A DNA stretch of 64,000 nucleotides from Balanoglossus misakiensis (Eukaryota > Animalia > Hemichordata): contig CM082589.2 of the NCBI GenBank assembly GCA_040954595.2, forward strand, positions 8,940,894 through 9,004,893. Direction: 5' to 3'. The notes below the pieces were generated by a model. It was given only the letters and a program-made list of their open reading frames with translations, ran no database searches and had not been told where the DNA came from. Positions 53,436 to 64,000 of the stretch are shown piece by piece. A program made the position numbers and the translations under genes. The stretch's first letter is position 1, and each line of letters opens with the position of its first letter.

Positions 53436-54321
53436 GGGACCGTTCAGTTTTTACGGCAGGGGGGGGCAAGTTTTGTGTCATCAGTTTTCAAAATCAGGCC
53501 GACCCCCCCCCCTTTCGTCCAGGACCAAAAAATGATGACCCCCCCTTTGACAGACCCAAAAATATGATGACCCCCCCCCGAAAACATTCGCCGTCCTGAT
53601 CCTATGTAGACTGTATGCAATAAAGGGAATGAGGCTCCTCACACCTAAATTATAAATTTCTTAAAGTAATTTAAGTATATAATAGTATATTGTTGCAATA
53701 AAGAAATCTATGAACAAATTAAAATGACAAGTCAATACAATAGTTGCCAGAATTGGTAAAACAAGAAAAGTGGCGGGGGTGGGCGTGGGAGGGGGTGTCC
53801 CCCTCCCACATAAGAAAATTTTGTAAAATACGGTGCTCAAAGTTGCATTTTTATGAACTCAAAAGCAAATTATCTCAATTTTTGGGAGGACCAATTTTAC
53901 TTTTGCCACTCCACTCAAAGTTAGAAGATTTGGCGTCATCCACGTCATGACATCATTTATAAAACTTCTAGTATATAGAAGATGCAGCGCGAAACTATCA
54001 GTTATGCGAAATGGTTTAAACGATTATTCTCCCTTATATATTTACTTTGTTAAATAATATCATCGGTGGGGTTGGGGGTGACAAGCACTCTGCCCTGGTA
54101 CACTAGACAAACCATTAGAAAATTTTGCAAAATAAAGGGCGCGAAACTGCAATTTTGTGGACTCAAAAGCAAAAGTTCGGTGGCAAAAGTATGTGACCCC
54201 CCCCCTAAACGTTTAAAAAAAACAGATGACCCCCCCCCCCCTTTAGGACTTCAAAATTTAAGTGACCCCCCCCCCCCCTGGATTTTGCCCCCCCCCCCGG
54301 CCGTAAAAACTGAACGGTCCC
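53436..54321 (+). mobile_element. Harbinger-like MITE (GGGACCGTTCAG family), complete TIRs
   Basis: TTA|GGGACCGTTCAGTTTTTACGGC ... GCCGTAAAAACTGAACGGTCCC|TTA. Confidence 0.9.
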
Positions 54322-55493
54322 TTAGGGCTATTTTTCACCGTCCACTGAATGATGACGGAGCTCAGCTAGTGCCCTCGAGCGATATGTTTTCCAGTCTTAG
54401 AATATCCAAACGAAAACACACCAAGTTTTCTGCCAGTTGTTTGTATTTTAATTTTCTGGCGTTGAACAAGCCGCAATGACTGTGTCTCGGACTATTTTGC
54501 AGACACACATGTTAAACTAGGTTGTCGGCATTGACAGTCCCATAAATAATATGGTATCGACCAGTGCAGGCCCACGTTCCCGTCCGCAGTTCATTTTCAA
54601 CTTGAAAATTATTTTCATAGTACAGTATTATAAGGTTATAACCGGAGCACGCCCTCAACAGGGTTGACCTTTGGCCTGTCACAATAGCACTCGATCGCCA
54701 TGACTCATGAGACTCGAGTGTCGGTGCGTCGACCAGAAGTAATATTTATATTGATTTATTGTGTCTTCAACTTGAGTCATGTCGAGCTGAATCAAGGAGT
54801 CATGGTCCAAGCAATGATGAGACAGGTAGAATACAGTTTTCAGCCACGATATGATGTGATACACGACTAAACCAAAACGCCTGCAGAATCGTAGCTCGAG
54901 GTTTTACCTTGTGAGTATAATGTAGAATGTGTGTATTGACGGAAACATTAGACGCCGTCCACACACAATTCCACGTAAAAATCCGCATGCATGTGAGTAA
55001 AACTCTGTAGTATAGGCAGTTACAGCCCTGCGTACAGGTCTGTGTGTTCCAGGCGTTACACGGGGCTAAGGCAGTGAGTAATATGGCGAAGTATGCCCCT
55101 GATATTGGCCCTCCAATAAACATCTCATATTTTTCTATGTTTCTCTGTGTGTTGACCAATAAGGCGGGTACGTTTACACCTTTGGTTATAATCCAGCAAC
55201 AGGCCTGGTTTGGCATGCATATGTGCCTGGTGAAATTCCTCCAACACCTCTTCAGGCCCAAAATAAATAATGATAGCTCCCTTAGACAGCTTCAAGTTGT
55301 AATTATATATAACTGTTGGCCTGTAATTCCTCGACCAGTAAACTAGTACAATTTACTGTCTCAGACTTTAACAGTTTACATCGATAACAATATTCAACTT
55401 GCAAATAAGCGTATGTGAACACGAGGAAGCACACCTGGTATGATACCAGTTTATTTGAAATAATGACATTTGTTATTTGTCATCCTTTTAGAT

Positions 55494-58400
55494 ATGTGGG
55501 ATCGGGAATACTACTCTCCCAAATATGGTTCAATCAGGCCACAGATTTTGGAGGAAAACTATAAGGTATGTTAATTTTGAAATGCAATTACAACAAATAT
55601 ATTTAGTTTTGGGTTTAATAATACTGATAAGTTGGTATTTACTATGCATATTTATATATTTGTGAACACAATACTGAAGGCCAAAATAAAAACGTGCTGT
55701 TACGATTACCCCACCTACCCTTATTTTAACCCCGCCGACCCTACACTTTTTAGAGCTTCGTAAATCTAAAAGTAAAAATAGCGATGTCAAATATACAAAA
55801 TTTATGAAAAATGAGAAATAAAAAAATAGCAAAATAAAAAAATATCCCTACCTACCTACCCTATTTTTGAAAACCAAGTAATTGGAACAGCACATTTTTT
55901 TTTGGGGGGGGGGGCCTAATTCTGATCATTTGGATTTTTGGTGAGAACTCTTCTTCTGGTAGTAATTCTGTAACAGATTTGACATTTAAGAGGTTGCTTG
56001 TTTGAATTTCGCTGTCTGTATTATGAGCATGCTGTCTTTAAAATTCCATTAGTTTGTCGGGTAAATATATTAATGTGTATACTGGGAGCTGTGATCAGAT
56101 ACCAAATAAGTCAATTATCTTTGAATATGTTGGTGATAGTGACAATAGTCATCTATCATGGAAACATGATGCCAATGAATGGTATGGGTGACATGTTGCT
56201 AAACCGATGGCTGACCAAATCCCATGAGTGGAGGTGACTATAGCTCTTCCAGTTGTAAATGGACAAAATCTCTCTTTTTTGAGCTTTTTTCATGAATTTT
56301 GTGAAAAGCTGTTTCTGAAATACATGTACTGGTTAACTGTAAGACTGAACATTCATGGTGTCTACCAACATATATTTACCATTGAGTCAACTTTTGTCCA
56401 TGGAAACTTGACTGCACAGCCAATGTCTGTCAAAGCCGTGTGGCATATTTCTTCATGTGCCTCTGTTTTTGTTATGCACTGTGAAGGCCAGGGCAACTTT
56501 GGGGAAGGGAATTTGTTGCATCATTAGAGTTGATCAAAATGTTTTAGGGGGAAGGGAACTGCCAATACACACTCTTGAACATTGCTGCAAAGACTTCTCA
56601 ATCGAAACACACACATAGCAACCAGCAATCAGCCAGCATTTTTCTAAAATGGGCTAAAAACTCATTGCTCCAATGGCCGTCATGCCATGTGATGTGACTT
56701 GCATGTAGCATGCATAAATGGTTTTGTACCATGCACCGCCCTGTTCCCCTATCATTGCTTCAAAATATCAGGTTTGAGCATTTAGGACTTTGACAATTGA
56801 CACTGTGCTGCAATTCCTGAAAGCGTCTTTTATAATCCTAAATGATTATTCTTCCTATTTCATTTACAGAGAATTAGGCATAGGCAAAGTGTCCGCAGAC
56901 ATAGAGCAGGAGCACGAGACGAAAAAGTGAGCGTGTTGCGTTGCATGGTAAGTGATTCACAACAATGGTAGATAGCCTGAAAGTGAATTCTCTTTTCATA
57001 TCTGTAACCCAGAAATAGCCAAACACATTTTGTTCACACATGGCACAAGTGACTCTGTGCTTTTAAAGCTTCTTTTAAAGCTTCTATATGAATATCCGCT
57101 TTTCATCTCTACTTGGAGCTTGTCAGATACCAGTAGGCTGATTGTCCTGAAATGTCTGTCATGTTGTATGTTCATACAAGTTCAATCACATGATACAGAA
57201 GTTCCATTTGATTATTTTCCTTTGCGGACTTCAATATGCATTTAGAATTTACTATGCATAAATTTAACAAAATTGCGTCCAGGCAATTGAAAAACTGTAA
57301 TAGAACACCACCGTACCGGTACATTATTACAAAGTTTTATATATTAATGTCATGTTGCCTGAGTGAAAATTGTAACATTTCTGTGTATTTCTGCATTATT
57401 CGTATCTTGTAAGCCTTGCTGAATACAATTTGCAAATTTGCACTTGTGGTGTATGCATCCTTCATTATCTTTGTGTAATTATGGTCAAATATTGTGAAAT
57501 ATGCAGGATTTTGCATTAACTGAACCACTGATGATAATCGTTATGGAAATGTACCTTTTATTGTACATACTTTATGTAACAAACCATTACTGATGTTTTC
57601 TGCCCTGGCAAGTTTTTAAGCATTGTTCAATCAGATTCTGCAATGATGGAAACAAAATAATATATGCTACATTCTGGCAAATGGGGATATAGCTAATACT
57701 AGTATGAATTTTTGAGTGCCTGAGATGGCTATCTGTGACATGAGTGTACTACATGCAATTAAGTCACACATAAGGTGGGTCATGGACTTTCAAATACGTG
57801 ACAGCGCCCTCTATTGGTTGGATATGTACATGTAGATGTCAAATTCGAACTACAGAGGCTCACGAGAGTGAACAGTTAAAGCAACATAAAGGAAATATTG
57901 GGTTTTTAAAAAACAAACTTTTGGCATTGCAAAACGACTCAGTATACAAAATCATGTAGTAATGACATGTTCTGCCAGATTTAGCCTGTCATCTGGACCA
58001 GATCTTGAATGAGAATTAACCTGGAGGTCAGTGAGAGAGGGCTTCCATAATGAGCATTCAGGAACAGATTTTCATTTTATTTGATTGAGCTAGTCATGAA
58101 ACTTCTGCAACCACACATGAAAACAGTAACAATTTTAATGGTATAAGAACATATTTTCATCAAGTTGACCATGAAGTTAGACAAATCAGTAGTTTGATTT
58201 TAGAAGAAAACACCCATTTTTTTGTTAATTTTAGTTGTTTATGGCACCATTTTCTGGAAATTTTGCGGGGAATTTTTTCTCATTTGTTTTCAAAAAAGGT
58301 ATGCGAAATGAAATGAACGTTGGAATTTTTGATACCTCTTAAGAGGAAATGATGTCTGCGAATGGTATGGGCTATTATGTATTCTCTGCGCATGCACAAC

Positions 58401-61400
58401 AGTTTGACAATGTTTGAACAATTGTCTTGCAAATGATATCTGCTACCTGTTAATTTTATGTCTACTATTTTCACAGTTGCAGTTTGTGACATGTCGTTGA
58501 CTAATAGAATCTCACACTCCCAAGGACCTGGGATCATATTTCTCACACGAGTTGGGGATTTTCCCTCCCACACCTGCCTGTTGCTCGTGTGGGACAAAAT
58601 ATCGAAGGCCTCGTGAAACAGTCTGTGTTTTTTTTTGTAAGGGGGGGGGGGGTGACTTACAGTCCCTCAGGTTACAGACATATGCTCATGGCCAGTCAAC
58701 ATGTTTATATAACTGTCAGATTGTGAAATATGTACAACTCAAGTGCTACTCACACATGTATACATGTACCAGTCACAGATAGCCTTCTGCAGTGTACTCT
58801 TACACTTGCTAAATGTGATGGACTCCAGTAATTTTACACACACAAAAGCACAGGCTTCAGAGAACAGACAATTTGTGGTCAAAAAATGTATTGTTCTAGC
58901 ACAACTATGTGTTAGTTGTTATCAGTTGAACCTTTGTCCCCACTACCCAGAAAAGCCTAATGTAAGTAGCTAAATGATTGTTCTGACCTCTTACTCTTAG
59001 CCAAGTGTACTTTCATACAATATTTAAAGGAAAGCGGTCGTCGGACCGAGTTGGTGCCCCCCCCCCCCCCCCCCCCCCAATGAGAATATGTCCCCTCATA
59101 CCAGAGCAAACCCAACTGCAGTCGGCACGACCTACTAGTCCTGTTTCATAAGTCAGGTCCATGACATATGTACCGACATCTGTGATTGGTCCATCTGGTA
59201 ATCTTAGGTCCACTTGCGGCACGCTGATTGGAGGGACCATATGTGTTAGGTCTTATCATTATGTATTATTCACTAGACCTTGTAGGTTAGGTCTTATTAC
59301 TATGTATTATTCACTTTACAGCTCCCTGATTGGTTAATGTGTAGGTCTGGTCCTCCAGTGTTCACTGCCTCATTATGCAGGACCTTGTAGGTTAGGTCTT
59401 ATTTATATGCATTTATTCAATTTTCAGCTCCCTGATTGGTTAATGTGTAGGTCTCCAGTTTTCACTGCCTCGTTATGCAAAGTCTTTTGTACTTTCTGAA
59501 TACTGTTGTCGTATTCTGTCTGGCATGCTACCTGCGCATGGTCGAAGCTCGCGATCGATCCCAGTGTATAAAGAAAGGCACTCATATAATGATTGGATTT
59601 CACCTTTTCCTTCACTATTCATGGCATTTTATGTGATACTGTGAACTAGATACTCGAAATAAAAATTGCCAGGAGAAAGTTCGCATTTATTTCCAGTGGC
59701 GGTTTGTTGAAATGGGCTAGTGTTTTGTTACGTAATGTCTTTCAGCGCATCACTTCATGTAACACCTGGCTGAATACGAAGTGTGTGCTATTCATTCGAG
59801 CAAACCAAAAATATCTTACAATAGAAATGTTTAGAATAGCATTGCATTTCTTTGGGAAACCTCATTAGTTGCTTTACAGGTATGATTACTTTTATTGTAT
59901 TTCTTTCACGAAGCTGCACCGTCATAGTTCCATTTTTATGAAAACAATATACGAATGTATAAACGGACGACGTGCTCCTTATCACAACATCTTCGTCAAA
60001 ACAAATTTACTTTAAAATAGTAATAACAACAATAATAAAATTGATGGTGAGAAGTAGGAGGGTGATTAAAAAAAAATACAACTGTTAGCTAAAATGCTTA
60101 GATGAGTTAATCAGATTTTCAAAGTTCACCTAAAAGATCATTTAATCTTTCCAGGGTGCGGTTTATGTTGGAGATAGTATCAGTCAGGCTATTTCTCAGA
60201 AAATCAATGAACGATCTGCGGACACCTCGAATAATGTGTTACCACAACGCTAGCCAGGAAGCACATGGGACATTTCACAATGAGGCAGTGAACACTGGGG
60301 GACCAGACTGACACGTTAACCAATCAGGGAGCTGTATGGTGAATAAATACATATTAATAAGACCTAACCTACAAGGTCCTGCATAATGAGGCAGTGAACA
60401 CTGGAGGACCAGACCTACACATTAACCAATCAGGGAGCTGTAAAGTGAATAATGCATAGTAATAAGACCTAACCTACAAGGTCTGGTGAATAATACATAG
60501 TAATAAGACCTAACACATAAGGTCCCTCCAATCAGCGAGCCGCAAGTGGACCTTAGAGAAGCGGATAAACCAATCAGAACATGTAATACGTGTGCATAGG
60601 ACCTGTAATGTAGGTCATTTTGAAACAGGACTACTAGGATCTTCAGTTGCTGTCATGGCCCCATCTACGCTACGGTGTTTAATACACATGTGCACAATTT
60701 TTATGTACATGCATGTATGTATGTAGAACAACACGATATGTCAATAACACTGGCAATAAAGACATATTCTGGAGAGAACCTATAGAGTAAACAGCCAATT
60801 TAAATACACCCAGGCACAGCACTTGTATTTGTGCCTGTGTGTGCCTTTATATGCATTCTCACACTCCTGGCAACTGGGAGTGTGGGATCGAGAGTGTGGG
60901 ATTATATTTGGGAAATTACGAAAATATCTCACTCATTTTTGTCAGTTTTCTCAAATACAGCCGATACGATCTCACAACTATAGAGCTATATCACTGAAAA
61001 ACTGATCAAACATAACAAATGTTGCGTAATTTTTTCCAATAAACTGCCGTCTCTGGGATGCATCGTCTCTGACTTATCACAGTATTGAGTATCGAAACGC
61101 CACAATTGAAACTTGGGTTTTCTTAAAACCTAAAGAAACATATGCAATTATAACAGAACTCTGTGACCTCTGCAAGCGATCTGTGCCATACAGAAGGTAT
61201 TTGAACTGGTGATTCGCTGGATCTGCTGTACTTTTGTCTACATTTGTGAAAATCGCTTCTGATAAGGGGGGATAACTTTGATTTTGAAGTCCAAAAGGGG
61301 GGTCATCTTTTTTTAAACGTTTTGAGGGGGGTGAGGGTCACATACTTATGCCACTGAACACGGCGAACTGTTGCTTTTGAGTCCACAAAATTGCAGTTTC

Positions 61401-62756
61401 ACGCCCTTGATTTTACAAAATTTTCTAATGTGGGAGGGGGATACCCCCTCCATTCTTTGCCACATTTCATTTATTGGCTGCTTTGTCTAATGTACGTGGG
61501 CAGAGTACTTGCCAACCCTATCCCACCGATGCTTACTTTGAGTGGAATGGCAAAGGTAAAATTGGTCCTCCCCCAACATTGAGTTAATTTGCATTTGAGT
61601 TCATTAAAATGCAACTTTGAGCACTGTATTTTACAAAATTTTCTTATGTTGGAGGGGGACACCCCCTCCCACGCCCAACCCCGACACTTTTCTTGTTTTA
61701 CCAATCCTACCAACTATTGTATTGACTTGTCATTTTAATTTGTTCATAGATTTCTTTATTGCAACGATATACTATTATATGCTTCAATTACTTTAAGAAA
61801 TGTATAATCGAGGTGTTAGGAGCCTCATTCACTTCATTGCATACAGTGTACATGTACATAGGATCGGGACGGCGAATGTTTTCAGCGTGGGGGGGGTCAT
61901 CATATATTTGGGCCTGTCATAGGGAGGGGGGTCATCATTTTTTGGTCCTGGGTGAAGGGAGGGGGGGGGTCAGCCTGATTTTAAAAACCCATGACACAAA
62001 CTTGCCGCCCCCCCCCCCCAGCCGTAAAAACTGAACAGTCCCTTATGTATGTATGCAATTATGTGTGTGTTTGTGTATGTATCTTTGTTCTCTACAAAAA
62101 ACTTTAAATATGTGTAAGATCTGTATTTGGTATAGAGGTGCATTATCACTTATCAGTTATATTTTACTTTCCAGTTCCAGGCTTTTTGGTGGTGGGTGCT
62201 GGTCATTGTTGTGTCACTTGCAGTGATGTGTTGTGTTTTTGTAAGTATGCACATTAAATGTATGTATATATGTACATGTATGTATGTATGTATGTATGTA
62301 TGGATGGATGGATGGATGGATGGATGGATGGATGGATCTTGTGTGGTGCACCTGACTTTGACAGTACCTGTGTGCGAACATTAGAAGCAGCCATCCTGGG
62401 CATGGCTGACCAGAAATTTGTGCAAGATGGCGGCCAGTAACTGACCCTTGCCTTTTAGCTGGCACAGCCAGCAGTGGGAATGGGGCAGGGGAGCAGGCAA
62501 GACACTGGAAACATTTCTTCTACAGGCAATGTTTAAAGCTTGTTTTGTTTTTTCCTCAGGTTCAGCACAAGCACATTAAAGAGAAAAAGTTAACAATGGA
62601 AGAACTTGCAGAGATGTATAGCAGCCAGAAAATGATCCTTCTGAGGAAACAAGAACGGCTACAAATCCAATTAGAATGGATTTCACAAAACGAGGCAATG
62701 TTACATGATTTTACGAAACTGGCCGATACTTTCAAGACATTGGAGCAGGAGACAAG
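55494..62756 (+). CDS. Host gene, partial: probable single-pass (type II-like) membrane protein with a coiled coil; exons 55494-55565, 56870-56947, 62175-62240, 62560-62756; further exons expected downstream
   Basis: Each exon has a pyrimidine tract + AG acceptor and a GTATGT/GTAAGT/GTAAGT/GTAGGT donor, and they join in phase 0 without stops: MWDREYYSPKYGSIRPQILEENYK|RIRHRQSVRRHRAGARDEKVSVLRCM|FQAFWWWVLVIVVSLAVMCCVF|VQHKHIKEKKLTMEELAEMYSSQKMILLRKQERLQIQLEWISQNEAMLHDFTKLADTFKTLEQET. The start codon is uncertain. Confidence 0.7.
59136..60633. mobile_element. Same element, copy 2, with native flanks
   Basis: Flanks CCTAC|TAGTCC ... GGACTA|CTAGG are compatible with a short TSD; the exact length is ambiguous. 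Confidence 0.8.
61265..62042 (-). mobile_element. Diverged member of the same MITE family, one end missing
   Basis: Reverse-complement similarity to 53436-54321; ends GCCGTAAAAACTGAACAGTCCC|TTA. Confidence 0.8.
62259..62337. repeat. (TATG)n-(GATG)n compound microsatellite in an intron
   Basis: Directly visible in the sequence. Confidence 0.9.
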
Positions 62757-64000
62757 GTAGGTGTGGCGTACACTTGTATGTGTAAAGTTGAATATATCGC
62801 AGTACATGATCCTTCAGTGGCACCTTTGTGAGAACAAAAATTAAGCGGTCTAATTATGTGGTCAGAACTATAATATTCACATTTTATATTTTGCACAATT
62901 TTCATTTCAATCAGAGCGCACTCATATTATTTGCACATTGTACATGTGGTATCTCATGACAGTAGTCATCATGTACCGCATGACTGGTTGGCCCAGTCTC
63001 AAGCAGTTCAAAAATAATGTACACTCAAAAGAAATATGGTCTTAGAGTTTTTGTGCCAACCAAAATGAAACGGTTTAATTATGTGGAAGTCATTTTGTCA
63101 ACAGTCACTCAGTGTAAAAAAAGAAATTAAAGCAGTGAAAATGCTCTGAGTACGTCGACAGAGTTGCATCACCCAGGAAAAACGAAGTCGTCAAAATGCG
63201 CCCAAATGACAAATAAAGTGGTCTGGCTGCAAATCGCCTCAGCCAAATTTTGTATAAATTGGGTCCATATAAATGAAAATTGCGTCCACCAAAATTGAAA
63301 AGGTGTCTGCAAATATTATAGTAGTTCTGACCCAGAATTTGAATTGTGGTTGGCGTGTAGGGGCCAATATGGTCCATTGCATTTTCTCATTAGGGGCCAC
63401 CCCTGTTTGTATGTATATTGGCCAGACTTTTGAAAACAACATATTTGGATCAAACCACCAATGTGGTGAAAGAAGTAAATGAACAGCATTGAAGAGTTAT
63501 GTGTCCTTTAAATTGCGTCTTTTTCAATAATGTCTTAGCTTTCATTTGTATGTGTGTATATACCAAGAATGTGGCAGTTTCTTGAAGAGGGTGCACATAC
63601 GTCAGGCCTCGATAATTCCTATCGCCCGACGCCCGTGGCAAGTGTATTTTTAGCCCGGACAAGTGAAAAATAAAAGTCTTTTGTCCGACGGGCAAGTGAC
63701 CTTACCCTGTACTAAACTTGCGAGATCGTGGTTTACACCATGGTGATTACTTGTACCGTCTGCCAAGTACAATGGATGACCTTACGACCTTTATCTACAA
63801 AGTTGCAAACTTAGTTTATGGACGCCGACGCATTTGACTTAGATACATTTTAGTTTTTACCTACAACATTGTAACATGCTGATGGCCTATGAGACTAGGG
63901 CCTATGCTTAAACAGCTGCTTCTGAAACCATGCTGAAACTGACTGATCGCCACCATAGGTATCAGCAGTCCTAGGTTTTGTTGAAAAGACATCTTCTGAT

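Larger units (their letters stand above)
38826..60633 (+). repeat. Segmental duplication, copy 2 (~21.8 kb)
   Basis: Matches 5295-27111 with scattered SNPs and a few 12-32 bp indels. Both ends continue into coherent flanking sequence: the transposase intron on the left and the host-gene intron on the right. Confidence 0.97.

Noticed and set aside
63603-63700. Possible hAT-like MITE left end (CAGGCCTCG with GGCAAGTG repeats)
   Set aside because: No partner TIR or TSD within the window.

Overview
This is eukaryotic, AT-rich, repeat-dominated genomic DNA with spliceosomal introns; the repeat families suggest a marine invertebrate (inference). There are no rRNA, tRNA or CRISPR features. Layout: (1) 1-5294 is a tandem array of 1.2-1.7 kb units ending in a GCTGCttGCAGC hairpin, resembling non-autonomous Helentrons. 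(2) A near-identical ~21.8 kb block occurs twice in direct orientation (5295-27111 and 38826-60633). It holds a dead ISL2EU-type transposon (THAP + DDE_Tnp_4 transposase facing a YqaJ-exonuclease/PHD gene), an IS3EU-like insertion carrying a SAM-domain fragment, a CACTA element with a nested L2 LINE and MITE, several other MITEs, and two exons of a host gene. (3) An 11.7 kb spacer (27112-38825) holds a foldback element, a complex tandem repeat, a 4.5 kb element with a TATA target duplication and a nested Kolobok-like element, and the ISL2EU left end. (4) Four in-frame exons (55494-62756) of a probable single-pass membrane, coiled-coil host protein run toward the right edge. Most ORFs in the supplied track are spurious. 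I found no intact novel multi-gene system; the most interesting signals are TE-bounded rearrangements and unusual TE cargo and termini.
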